A stretch of 64,000 nt of DNA, taken from contig JBMOOS010000030.1 in the NCBI GenBank assembly GCA_049324415.1, positions 205,523 through 269,522 of the forward strand, in the 5' to 3' direction. Under the pieces are notes generated by a model. That model was not told the DNA's origin and searched no databases. It saw only the letters and a list, made by a program, of their open reading frames with translations. Made by a program: the position numbers and the translations under genes. This DNA is from Pseudomonadota bacterium. GTDB taxonomy: Bacteria; Pseudomonadota; Alphaproteobacteria; Sphingomonadales; CAKZYD01. Shown piece after piece: positions 44,471 to 58,287 of this stretch (its first letter is position 1; each line of letters starts with the position of its first letter).

Positions 44471-44595
44471 CCCGCTTAATCTCCTCTACCCTGCTTTTCG
44501 GACCAACCTCGATGTCACATCCTTATGGACTGCTTAAGGTTTATGGTCTAAAGCGGACGATAAATTGTGACGCGTCCTTGTTGCTTTGGAGAATC

Positions 44596-44937
44596 ATGGG
44601 TCGGATTGCCGCCATAGTCGCCGCCTTTGCGTTGCTGTCGATCCAGTTCGTGCATGCCGCAGTCCTGGATGGCGTGGCGACACATGCTCATGCACCCATG
44701 ATCGATCACAGTGATGACCATGATGGTCAACACCTTGACAATCTAAACGGTGATATGGGCGGTGATGACCTGGCATCGTTGCACAAGTCGCTGCACGACC
44801 AAAATAGCACCACTTTTATAATCCTTGGATTTGTGGCATCGTTTGCCAATATGGCGAGCGGCAAGAAATTGCCGTGGCACGGCGCTTTTGCGCGCGGTCT
44901 TGCCCACTCGCCACCCGTTCCCCCTCCTCTATTCTAA
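44596..44937 (+). CDS. small secreted His/Asp-rich protein upstream of czcC (possible metal-binding accessory protein, CzcI-like by position)
   Basis: ATG 44596 sits behind GGAG. Signal peptide MGRIAAIVAAFALLSIQFVHA, then THAHAPMIDHSDDHDGQHLDNLNGDMGGDD. No family was recognised. Confidence 0.45.
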   Translation: MGRIAAIVAAFALLSIQFVHAAVLDGVATHAHAPMIDHSDDHDGQHLDNLNGDMGGDDLASLHKSLHDQNSTTFIILGFVASFANMASGKKLPWHGAFARGLAHSPPVPPPLF

Positions 44938-44961
44938 TCTCTCGTAAGTCCATTGCCGTGA

Positions 44962-44985
44962 ACGGCGCGGGGTTTTCCGCGCCGT
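44962..44985 (+). terminator. stem-loop between the small ORF and czcC (possible attenuator)
   Basis: A 9-bp stem, ACGGCGCGG / CCGCGCCGT, with loop GGTTTT. There is no downstream T-tract. Confidence 0.2.
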
Positions 44986-45019
44986 CGACAGGCTCATTTC
45001 TTTAATCGAGAGACGAGGC

Positions 45020-46302
45020 ATGAATTTTATAGGTGCCGCGCAATTTATTGCGCTGACGCTGATGCTTCTGGTTCCAGAGGCGAGCGCTCAAGACGACATT
45101 CAATCCAATGCCGCTATCGTGACGATGGAGGATGCCATCGCCCGGGTTCTCAATGCCGCGCCCATGATAGAGGCAAGCAAAGAGGCGGTTCACGCCAGCG
45201 AGGGGGTGCTGCGCCAAGCGCGGGTGAGGCCCAACCCCGAGCTTTCATGGGAAGCCGCCGACATCATTGGTTCCGGTCCTTTCGAAGGCATTGACCGCGC
45301 TGAGATTACGCTGGGCATCGAGCAGCGGATAGAACGCGGCGGCAAACGCAACGCACGGATCGGTCTTGCTGCGGCCGATCGCGATCTTTCCGCGCTTTCA
45401 GCGGTGGCTACACACGCCGATGCCATTTATCTGACGCGCCAGGCTTATATTGATGCGGCAGCGGCTCTCGCCACCATGCGCAACGCCGCCCTTCGCGTTG
45501 AAGTGACGCGGGCCCTAGCGACCGAGGTCAAACAACGCGTGCAAAGCGCGCGCGATTCACTGGCGGCGGCGGAGCGCGCCGAGACCCGCGCCCTTGAAGC
45601 CGAGATGGCGCTAGCCCAGGCAGACCAGGCCTTTAGCCTTGCCAAAAAACGGCTGGCTGGCCTGTGGGGGGCAATCACCGATGATTTCGCCATCGATACA
45701 ACGCTGCTCTTTGCCGTGCATCCTGTCGATGAAGCGGGATTGACCGCTCGGCGGGAGGCGGCGCTGGATCTTACGATCGCCAAGACGAGGATGGAACGGG
45801 CGACTGCCGCGCTAACCCTTGAGCAGGCCAACGCCAAACAAGACCCTAGAATAAAACTGGGCGTACGCCGATTCCAGCTATCGGATGACATCGCTGGCGT
45901 TGTTTCCTTTTCCATGCCGCTTGCCCTGTTCAACACCAACCGGGGCAACATCGCCCGCGCCGCGGCTGAACAACGGCAAGCAGAATGGCTGGCGCGCGAA
46001 GTCAAGCAACGCTTCGACCGGGATTTTGCCAGCTATGTTACAGCCTTACGGGCCGCTTTTGATGAAGCCATGGCCTATCGCAGCAAGATCCTTCCCACGG
46101 CGCAAGCCGCGCTTCAAGAAACCCGCCATGGCTATGGGCGCGGCGCTTTTTCTTATTTGGAGGTGTTGGACGCCCAGCGCGCCCTTCAGGACATAAGCGC
46201 GCGTGAGATTCTAGCGCTCAAGCGATTTCATCTGGCCAACGCCGCCCTTGAGCGGTTGCTTGCATCATCAAGTGGCACGTTTCCAGACCAGGAGAATACC
46301 CA

Positions 46303-46306
<4 letters not shown>
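45020..46306 (+). CDS. czcC: heavy-metal efflux outer membrane factor (CzcC/TolC family)
   Basis: 428 aa with a signal peptide and two TolC-like repeats. The stop overlaps the czcB start (ATGA). Confidence 0.8.
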
Positions 46307-50762
<4,456 letters not shown>

Positions 50763-50772
50763 AAATTTCTTT

Positions 50773-50982
50773 CTAAATTTCCGCAAGGTTGTCAGGCAAA
50801 ACCTGCATAGGGTGACAAATTTCTATCTTATGAGCACTTTCACCTTCTCTCCCGTGGGCGCGATCGATGCCGATATGGGTCTTGGTGCCGAAGGCCGGGA
50901 TGGAGGTCAGCTGCGGCTTCGCCGCCGGCCCGTCGATCAAACCGGGCCCCCGGAACTTCGCACCAGTTCGCAGCAATAGCAC
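50773..50982 (-). pseudogene. IS5-family transposase fragment
   Basis: The 69-aa ORF contains AFGTKTHIGIDRAHG, resembling the FG(Y/M)K.HI.VD first-Asp region of DDE_Tnp_1 (IS5) transposases. It is truncated on both sides. Confidence 0.45.
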
Positions 50983-50992
50983 GTAACTACCC

Positions 50993-51027
50993 GGAGAGGG
51001 TTAGAACCCGGGTCTTTCCCTCCGCCA
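50993..51027 (+). repeat. degenerate copy of the tRNA-Ser acceptor/T-arm (putative island attR remnant)
   Basis: Sequence GGAGAGGGTTAGAACCCGGGTCTTTCCCTCCGCCA. Compared with the tRNA (GGAGAGG...GAGGGTTCGAATCCCTTCCTCTCCGCCA), it shares the 5' acceptor heptamer, the GAGGGTT..GAA..CCC segment and the CTCCGCCA end. Confidence 0.45.
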
Positions 51028-51205
51028 TAAATGTCATGTAATATATTGATATTATTTATGTTTTATACGTGTCTCCGAGATTGGCCCCACTTTCTATTCC
51101 ACTTTTGACCGGGTCTTGAGCGAGATTCAGCCGACGGCCAAAAAGTTTTTTCTGGCGGTTTATTGCTTGTGCAGCCCCGCATCGTTACCCCGCCGAGATA
51201 TGGGA

Positions 51206-51237
51206 CCCCGGCCCCCACCCCCACCCCCTCCCCCTCC
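51206..51237 (-). repeat. G5-tract hexanucleotide repeat / canonical G-quadruplex motif
   Basis: The minus strand reads GGAGGGGGAGGGGGTGGGGGTGGGGGCCGGGG, with four G5 runs separated by single-nt loops. It lies about 55 nt downstream of the nuclease stop codon. Confidence 0.8.
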
Positions 51238-51295
51238 GGATGCGGATATTGGCAGCTTGGTCCAATTTGAATTCATGATGCCACGCCCCCTTCGC

Positions 51296-52084
51296 TCATT
51301 CGCCATACAGGCGGTTCAGATAGGCGGCGATGCGCACGCCCGCCTGGCTTAGGCGCGTTCGCGCCGTGTCCATGTGGGTGAATGAATAGCCCCAGGCGAT
51401 GGTTTGTTCGCCAGGGTAGATGGCATCGCGAATGACAACGCTTTCCGCCACCCACGCCAATGGGTCGGAACTGGCCCATTCCGTGGCTTGCCGGGGCGTG
51501 ATTTTGGCCGCCAGCCATTGCGCCATTTCGGAATAGGACAGGCCCTCGCGCTCAATCATGCCGCTATCCCAAACCGAATGCAGGTTGGCGGGTTGATTGA
51601 AAAACAGGACCTCGAAGTCATTGCCGCCTCGGTCGGTGCCATTGCCGACGTGCAGGGGTTGATGCAGGTCGCCGATGATGTGGATGGTGAACCGCAGCGC
51701 CAGCGCCTTGTCGTCGCGCGATGCGGCGGGGTCCCTCAAGGTCCTGGCAAAGCGTTGCAGCGCCACGATGGCGTCCCCTTCGGGCGGCGCGCCAACCTCG
51801 GCATAGGTCTTGCCCGGCGGCACCGTCACATAATGAAAAGGGCCGGCCTCATGTTGCCAGAAGGGTTCGGGGCTGGACCGCATGAAGTCCGCCCAGGTGG
51901 AGGCTTCGGCCAGTGTCTCGGGTCCCAGCAGGGCGGTCATCGCCGCGCGCGCCTGAACGCTTAGATATCGCTCGGCGATGGCCCCGGTGACGCGATGGCC
52001 GGTTTGCCCCCAGGCGAGGGCTGGCGATGAAGCGGGCAGGGAAAAGACCATGGCAAGCGTGATTTTGAAAATGATGTTCTTCAT
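51296..52084 (-). CDS. S1/P1-family single-strand-specific nuclease (secreted)
   Basis: ATG 52084 lies 9 nt after AGGAG. Signal peptide MKNIIFKITLAMVFSLPASSPALA followed by the mature N-terminal WGQTGHR signature. HIIGDLHQPLH and other Zn-ligand motifs are present. Confidence 0.85.
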   Translation of the reverse strand: MKNIIFKITLAMVFSLPASSPALAWGQTGHRVTGAIAERYLSVQARAAMTALLGPETLAEASTWADFMRSSPEPFWQHEAGPFHYVTVPPGKTYAEVGAPPEGDAIVALQRFARTLRDPAASRDDKALALRFTIHIIGDLHQPLHVGNGTDRGGNDFEVLFFNQPANLHSVWDSGMIEREGLSYSEMAQWLAAKITPRQATEWASSDPLAWVAESVVIRDAIYPGEQTIAWGYSFTHMDTARTRLSQAGVRIAAYLNRLYGE

Positions 52085-52224
52085 CAATGGGTGCTCCTGC
52101 ATACATGACCCCCCGCCATTACCCCCCACCCCAGTGGTATATATTAGCGGTGGCGCGCGCGGCGATGCGTCACACGCCGCGTGCCTTGGCAAAAGATCAC
52201 GCCGCCATTTTCCCCTAATGGCAC

Positions 52225-53319
52225 TCAAGATAAAACGCGGGTGAGGAACTGGGTGCGCCGGCTGACTCCAGCCTTGGCGTAAATCGAGCGCAAGTGATTT
52301 TCCACCGTGCGGATGCTGATGAAAAGCCGCGCCGCGATCTCGGCGTTCGACAAGCCAGCGCCGAGCAGGCGGGCGATGTCCATTTCGCGGCTGGTCATGC
52401 CAAGGTCGCAGCAGCGCTTGGTGAACAAGGCTTCCGCTTCGCGTCCGCTGGTGTGGACGGAAAACAAAGGCCGCCCTTCCGGATCCTTGCGGGCGCGGAT
52501 GGTGGCGACCATGTCCTCGCTTTCGGAAAAGTCAACCTTGAGGGATTCTTGCTTCTCGCGCGCGCCATAAAGCAGGCGACAGGCCTTGGTGATGGTGGCG
52601 AGGCGTTGCTTGGCGGTGTCCGCGCCAGCCGCGCCGCGTATCCTTAAATCCTCGAGCCCCTTGGCATTGCCATAGATAAGGGTCATGCGCTCATCGAAAA
52701 AGGCGATGCCGGTTTGCGGATGGGCTTGGGCATAGGCATTAATGGCCTCGTCGCGCAGGCTCACCGCCTCATAGAGCGACAAGCCGCGCAAAGTGCAGCT
52801 CAAGGCGGTGGCAAGCCGCCAGGCGCGGGCCTTTTCGGCCTTGGAAAAGGCGGTCGCGTAATGCGGACGGTGAAAGCCGAGGATCAGCCGCTCGCCAAGC
52901 GAGCCGTCGGGCTTCAGCGCCAGGACAAGCACATGATGAATATGGTTGGGGCGGAAAAAATCATTATAGAATTCGCCGCGCACCAAAGTGGTGTAATCAC
53001 AAATCTCCGACGTGCAGAAGACATTGGTCTGTTGGCTGGCCGGCAAAAGCAATGCATCGACCGCGGGGTCGAGCTGATAATAATGCGAGGTATAAAGCGC
53101 ATGAGAACCCGCCTGCACGTGGTGGCAGGCATTGCGGCCAATGCGCAAGCTCCCTTGCCCCTCGGGCAGGAATTGTAGAAAACACGCGGTTTCCGCTTGA
53201 AGAAAATCCGCGGTGGGCTGCAAAACTTTGCGTTCAAGCTCGCTATAGCTGCGGCACGATAACAGCGCCTCTTGCAAGGCGAGCGTTGTCTCCAACTCCC
53301 GAAGGCGATCCCCAACCAT
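52225..53319 (-). CDS. LuxR-family transcriptional regulator with a large N-terminal sensory region
   Basis: C-terminal [48 protein letters not shown]. About 290 aa of N-terminal GAF/PAS-like sequence could not be assigned to a family. Confidence 0.8.
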   Translation of the reverse strand: MVGDRLRELETTLALQEALLSCRSYSELERKVLQPTADFLQAETACFLQFLPEGQGSLRIGRNACHHVQAGSHALYTSHYYQLDPAVDALLLPASQQTNVFCTSEICDYTTLVRGEFYNDFFRPNHIHHVLVLALKPDGSLGERLILGFHRPHYATAFSKAEKARAWRLATALSCTLRGLSLYEAVSLRDEAINAYAQAHPQTGIAFFDERMTLIYGNAKGLEDLRIRGAAGADTAKQRLATITKACRLLYGAREKQESLKVDFSESEDMVATIRARKDPEGRPLFSVHTSGREAEALFTKRCCDLGMTSREMDIARLLGAGLSNAEIAARLFISIRTVENHLRSIYAKAGVSRRTQFLTRVLS

Positions 53320-53470
53320 GGTAACCCCTGCCGATAACCCATCTCCTTTGTGCGTAGGTTTTAGGTTCGACCCTCCTCCCCCGAAGAAAGCCCCTTATAC
53401 GCAACATAAAGTATCATAGCCTATCTCGGCCGCGTTGGCGACTGCTTCCCTGACATCGTGTTTCCCGCCT

Positions 53471-53947
53471 TCAAGACGGGTCGAAGGCGGCATGAAGATG
53501 GCGGTGCGCGTCATTGGCCTTGGCAAGTTCATACATGGCGCGGCCATCGACCACCCCGGCGATGCTGCCGTCCGGGTTATAGCCGACGAGCGGACCGTGG
53601 GCGATGGCGAACATGATTGTGCCTTTGGGCGATGTCGGCTCGTGCCGGGCGCCGGCGGGCTCATAGCCATAAAAGCCAGCGCTTCCCCGGTCATCGTCAT
53701 AGCCGAATTCGCCTTCCACCACATAGACTTCCACCGCGCCCACATGGCCGTGAACGGGCGCTTCGTTGCCTGCGTCGACCTTCAGCATCATGCTAAAGCC
53801 ACCGCTTTCCTCGTGAACGTGAAGCAGCTTGAAATAGGTGCCCTCGATCACCCAATCGGTCCAGGGAAGCGTGTCAGGATCGATGAAGACCGGATATTTG
53901 GGCTTGATCGCGGTGATCGCCATGTCGCTCGTGCGGTGCAATTTCAT
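53471..53947 (-). CDS. cupin-fold protein (ChrR-cupin / 2,4'-dihydroxyacetophenone dioxygenase-like)
   Basis: Cupin metal motif PVHGHVGAVEVYVVEGEF...GARHEP. The start is set at ATG 53947, 6 nt after GAAGGA. Upstream in-frame alternatives are ATG 53968 and GTG 54001. Confidence 0.65.
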   Translation of the reverse strand: MKLHRTSDMAITAIKPKYPVFIDPDTLPWTDWVIEGTYFKLLHVHEESGGFSMMLKVDAGNEAPVHGHVGAVEVYVVEGEFGYDDDRGSAGFYGYEPAGARHEPTSPKGTIMFAIAHGPLVGYNPDGSIAGVVDGRAMYELAKANDAHRHLHAAFDPS

Positions 53948-54180
53948 GATCGTTCCTTCCCCTGCCATCAGCGTTGCATCCCGTGGCGAGAATAGCCGCA
54001 CGCGACTGGCTTGCCATGACGTAAAACCCCTATGCGCGTGCGCTACGTGTAAAATGAGTGGTTTCCGCTATTGCGCGGCTTGTCTTGCTGTGTCTCCCTC
54101 GTCAAGGCGCGCGGACCTGGCCGTTCTGCTGGTTCGCCAAGAATGGCGCGAATATAGAAAAAGCGTTGGGGAGGGCTTTT

Positions 54181-56628
54181 ATGTCGGCTGGAGCAAGGGG
54201 TGCCAGCGCGTTCGGCGTAGGCATGAGGGGAGCGGAAAGAAACTTTGTGCAGAGGCGCGCCGCGGGATGGTTGAAAACGGGCCTATTGGCGACCTCGGCC
54301 ATGGCCGCCATGGTGGCGAGCACGCATTTCACTACTCCCGCTCAAGCACAAGGGACGGGCGATGCCATGCAGGCGCCAGGCGATTCTGTCGGCCCCAGGG
54401 ATTTTGTCGGTATCGAGGAAATCACCGTCACCGCTCGCCGCCGCGAGGAGCGCCTTCAGGAAACGCCGATCGCCATTTCCGCCTTTTCCGGCTCTGAGCT
54501 GGAAGCGCGCAATCTCACTAATTTAGCGGAAGTGGGCGCTTTCATTCCCAATGTGGTGATGTCCACCGCACCCGGCGGCAGCGGCGGCGGCAGCAACCTG
54601 CAGGTCTATATTCGCGGCATCGGCCAGACCGATTTTCTGTTCACCACAGATCCCGGCGTCGGCGTTTATATCGACGGGGTTTACCATCCCCGCACCTTGG
54701 GCGGCGTTCTCGACCTTTTAGACTTGGCGCGGATCGAGGTGCTGCGCGGCCCCCAAGGGACGCTCTTTGGCAAGAATACCATTGGCGGGGCGATCAGCGT
54801 GGTCTCCGCCAAGCCAAAAGGCGACGGCAGCGGCTCTTTCCAAGCGACCACCGGGCGCTTTGATCGCATCGACATTCGCGGCGGTTTCGACTTCGCCATC
54901 ACCGATACCCTCTTCGCCAAGGTCGCCGCTTCGTCCAAGGACCGGGACGGCTATGGCAAGCGCCTCGAATTCGGGACCGATAAACTGTTGGATAGGACGG
55001 GCGATGAAAATAAAAGCGCGGCCCGTATTGCCTTGAGGTGGCTTGCCTCCGAAAGGGTGACGGTGGACCTTGCCGCCGACTATTCCCGCACCCGCGAAAA
55101 ATCGGTGCCGACCGCGCTGATGGCGTTCGACCTTGCCGCCAGCCCGGTCGCCCAACTGTGGAACGCGCTGGTCGCCGATCCCTTTCCCATGAGCACCGCC
55201 TTTATCACCGGCGATCCCTTCATCAGCTATGGCACCGGGCCCAACAGAAACCTTCTCGATGCCTATGGGTTTGGCCTCACCATCGACTGGGATCTCGGGA
55301 ACGATTTGGCGCTGAAATCGATCACCGCCTATCGGGAAATGGATGCCGGCTTTGGCCGCGACGGCGATGGCTCGCCCAATTCCTTTGTTCATACCAATCA
55401 GAATCAGAATCAACGCCAGATCAGCGAGGAAATACAGCTTTCCGGAAGGGGGCTGGATAACCGGCTGAATTGGCTCATGGGCGCCTTTTTCTTCAGCGAG
55501 TTCGGGCGCGACCAGAACGCCGTGCGCCTGGCCTCGGGCCTGTTCGACGCCCTGGAAGGGCTGCCGGGACCGCTCGACGGGTCGCCGCTCAACGCGCCCA
55601 CCGCACCCGGTGGGCCAGGCAATCCCATTAACACAGCGCTTGACTTGGATTTCAGTATTTTCAACGAGATCAAGATCAAAAGCTATGCCGCCTTTGCCCA
55701 GGCCACCTTCGATATGACGGACCGCCTCGGCCTCACCGCTGGAATACGCTACAGCTACGAGACCAAGGACTACACGCTCGATCACCAGAAAATCAATTCC
55801 GGCGTTCCCATCTTTACCGGCGAAGAGCGCGACAGTTGGGGCTCGTTCACCCCCATGGGCACGCTCGACTATCAATGGCGCGACGATGTCCTCACTTATT
55901 TTACCGTGTCGCGCGGCTTTAAATCGGGCGGTTTCAATGGCCGGCCGATCAACGAGGGGTCGGTGTCGTCATTCCGCCCGGAATATGTGACGTCGTTCGA
56001 ATTGGGCGCCAAGACCCAGTGGCTGGACCGCCGCGTCCAGCTCAATCTCGCGGCCTTTTACAACAATTACACCGATATTCAATTGAGCAGCGTCAGCGCC
56101 GATGAAAATGGTATTCTTCAGCTTCTGGTGCAAAATGCCGGCAAGGCCCGGGTCAAGGGCTTTGAGGCGGAGCTCACCGCCCGCCCGACGCAGCGGCTTA
56201 CCCTCACCGCCGCGCTGGGCTATACCGACTTCAACATCGTCAAGCTGGCGCCCAATGTGGTCGACGTGACCTTGGACACGCGCTGGCCGAAAACGCCGGC
56301 ATGGACGGCGGCCGCCAGCGCCGAATATACCATTCCCATGGCAACTTACGGCTTTCTGGCGTTGCGCGGCGATTGGACCTATCAGTCGAAGACGTATCAG
56401 GAGCCGAGCAACGAGGAAGCCATCGCCCAGGATGGCTATAGCCTTTTTGGCGCGCGCCTTGTCTTTGCCCATGAGGAGGGCGGCTGGGAGCTTGCGGTGT
56501 TCGGCACCAATTTGACCGACAAGCGCTATATCGTGAATGGATTGTCGGCGATTTCCAGCTTCGGCACCGCGGAAGCCTTTTTCGCCCGCCCGCGCGAATG
56601 GGGGCTGAGCCTTAAAAAGACATTCTAA
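54181..56628 (+). CDS. TonB-dependent receptor
   Basis: ATG 54181 sits behind GGGGAGGG. Signal region ...LLATSAMAAMVASTHFTTPAQA. Plug motifs IEEITVTARRREERLQETPIAISAF and VLRGPQGTLFGKNTIGGAI. Aromatic C-terminus ...LSLKKTF. Confidence 0.9.
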   Translation: MSAGARGASAFGVGMRGAERNFVQRRAAGWLKTGLLATSAMAAMVASTHFTTPAQAQGTGDAMQAPGDSVGPRDFVGIEEITVTARRREERLQETPIAISAFSGSELEARNLTNLAEVGAFIPNVVMSTAPGGSGGGSNLQVYIRGIGQTDFLFTTDPGVGVYIDGVYHPRTLGGVLDLLDLARIEVLRGPQGTLFGKNTIGGAISVVSAKPKGDGSGSFQATTGRFDRIDIRGGFDFAITDTLFAKVAASSKDRDGYGKRLEFGTDKLLDRTGDENKSAARIALRWLASERVTVDLAADYSRTREKSVPTALMAFDLAASPVAQLWNALVADPFPMSTAFITGDPFISYGTGPNRNLLDAYGFGLTIDWDLGNDLALKSITAYREMDAGFGRDGDGSPNSFVHTNQNQNQRQISEEIQLSGRGLDNRLNWLMGAFFFSEFGRDQNAVRLASGLFDALEGLPGPLDGSPLNAPTAPGGPGNPINTALDLDFSIFNEIKIKSYAAFAQATFDMTDRLGLTAGIRYSYETKDYTLDHQKINSGVPIFTGEERDSWGSFTPMGTLDYQWRDDVLTYFTVSRGFKSGGFNGRPINEGSVSSFRPEYVTSFELGAKTQWLDRRVQLNLAAFYNNYTDIQLSSVSADENGILQLLVQNAGKARVKGFEAELTARPTQRLTLTAALGYTDFNIVKLAPNVVDVTLDTRWPKTPAWTAAASAEYTIPMATYGFLALRGDWTYQSKTYQEPSNEEAIAQDGYSLFGARLVFAHEEGGWELAVFGTNLTDKRYIVNGLSAISSFGTAEAFFARPREWGLSLKKTF

Positions 56629-56676
56629 CCTCGTTAAAATAACAGGGAAATAAACGTGCGTGGGCGACCATAAACC

Positions 56677-57465
56677 ATGGTGAAGCGGCTCGATGGCAAA
56701 GTGGCCATTGTCACCGGCGGCGGGTCGGGGATAGGCCGCGCCACCTGTCAGGCTTTCGCCCGCGAGGGCGCTGAGGTCATCGTCGCCGATATCAACCTTG
56801 CGGGTGCTGAGCAAACGGCGGAAGGCATTGGCGCGGCGGCCGCGGCGCACCCGCTCGATGTCGCCGACGAAGCCGCGTGGCGGACGCTCATCGAGCAGTG
56901 CCAGGCGCGCCGCCAGCGCCTGGATATCCTGGTCAATTGCGCCGGCGTTGGCGCCGCGGGCAATTTTGAGGAACTTTCGCTCCACGACTGGAACCACATG
57001 CTCGCCGTCAACCTCACCGGGGTCTTTCTGGGATGTAAGCACGCGATTAGCGCCATGCGCGCCGCCGGCCATGGGGGGTCTATTGTCAACATCTCCTCCA
57101 TCGCCGGCCTGGTCGGGGGCGAGGACATCGCCGGCTATGCGGCAAGCAAGGGAGGCGTCACCCTGCTCACTAAATCGGTGGCCTTGCATTGCGCCAGGCA
57201 TGCGCCCGGCGTGCGCTGCAACTCGGTCCATCCCACCTATGTGGACACCGCGATGCTGGATCCCGTGGCGGCGCGGTTTCCCAGCCGCGAGACCCTGCTT
57301 GCCGGCATGGCTGAACTCATTCCCCTTGGCCGGGTCGCCACGCCCCAGGATATCGCCGATACCATCCTCTTCCTGGCAAGCGACGAGGCGCGGATGATGA
57401 CGGGAGCACAGCTTGTGGTAGACGGCGGGCAGCTTGCTGGCCTGCCCAGCCGCCATAGCACCTGA
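56677..57465 (+). CDS. short-chain dehydrogenase/reductase (SDR)
   Basis: Motif TGGGSGIGRA, catalytic YAASKGG, and the NISS Ser region. Confidence 0.85.
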   Translation: MVKRLDGKVAIVTGGGSGIGRATCQAFAREGAEVIVADINLAGAEQTAEGIGAAAAAHPLDVADEAAWRTLIEQCQARRQRLDILVNCAGVGAAGNFEELSLHDWNHMLAVNLTGVFLGCKHAISAMRAAGHGGSIVNISSIAGLVGGEDIAGYAASKGGVTLLTKSVALHCARHAPGVRCNSVHPTYVDTAMLDPVAARFPSRETLLAGMAELIPLGRVATPQDIADTILFLASDEARMMTGAQLVVDGGQLAGLPSRHST

Positions 57466-57476
57466 AGGAGACATCC

Positions 57477-58256
57477 ATGGGCCGGGTGAGCGGCAAGATC
57501 GCGATCGTCACTGGCGCGGCATCCGGCATTGGCAAGGCCATCGCCGGACTGTTGGCGCGGGAAGGCGCCGATGTCGTGATGACGGACTTGGACGCGCGTG
57601 CTGGTCGTGCCGCCGCCGAGACAATGGGCGCCATCTTCATGCCCCAGGACGTGACCGATGAAGCCCGCTGGCAAGAGGTGGTGGCCAAGGTGGAGCGGCG
57701 CTTCGGCGCGCTTCATATCCTTGTCAACAACGCCGGCATCGGCGATGCCCAGGGCGGCGTGTCGCCGGAAGACACCAGCCTTGCCGATTGGCGGCGGGTC
57801 CAGGAAGTCAATGTCGAAGGCGTGTTCCTCGGCTGCAAGGCGGCGATCCCCGCCATGCGCCGCGCGAGCGGCGGGTCCATCGTCAACATGTCCTCCATCG
57901 CCGCGCTTGTCGCCACCCCCTTCATCACCGCCTATGGCGCCAGCAAGGCCGCGGTGCGCCAGCTCACCATGTCGGTGGCGCTCCACTGCGCGCAGACTGG
58001 CAGCCGCATTCGCTGCAATTCGGTCCATCCCGGGCAGGTGCTGACCCCGATGCTGGAAGGGCTGTTCCACGCCCATGGCGAAAGCGAGGGGATCGGCTTT
58101 GAGGCAGCGAAGGCGGCGTTCCGTGCCCGCATCCCGCTGGGCGAATTCGCCGTCCCGGAGGATATCGCCCATGGCGTGCTTTATCTTGCCAGCGATGAGG
58201 CAAGGCACGTGACCGGCGCTCAATTGGTGATCGATGGCGGCATGCGGATCGCATGA
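57477..58256 (+). CDS. short-chain dehydrogenase/reductase (SDR)
   Basis: Motif TGAASGIGKA and catalytic YGASKAA. It starts 12 nt after the preceding SDR gene. Confidence 0.85.
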   Translation: MGRVSGKIAIVTGAASGIGKAIAGLLAREGADVVMTDLDARAGRAAAETMGAIFMPQDVTDEARWQEVVAKVERRFGALHILVNNAGIGDAQGGVSPEDTSLADWRRVQEVNVEGVFLGCKAAIPAMRRASGGSIVNMSSIAALVATPFITAYGASKAAVRQLTMSVALHCAQTGSRIRCNSVHPGQVLTPMLEGLFHAHGESEGIGFEAAKAAFRARIPLGEFAVPEDIAHGVLYLASDEARHVTGAQLVIDGGMRIA

Positions 58257-58287
58257 GAAAAAGGCGCGTTTAACAAGGAGAAAAGCG

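Noticed and set aside
44875-44892. Sigma-54 promoter-like sequence TGGCACGGCGCTTTTGCG upstream of czcC, and a second one, TGGCATCGTTTGCC, at 44834-44847.
   Set aside because: The GG-to-GC spacing is wrong: 14 nt and 10 nt instead of the required 12 nt. Both also lie inside the small upstream ORF.
51116-51352. 78-aa plus-strand ORF containing a poly-proline run (PRPPPPPPPPPD).
   Set aside because: The proline run is simply the translation of the C5-tract repeat. There is no RBS, the ORF overlaps the nuclease 3' end on the other strand, and its composition is atypical.
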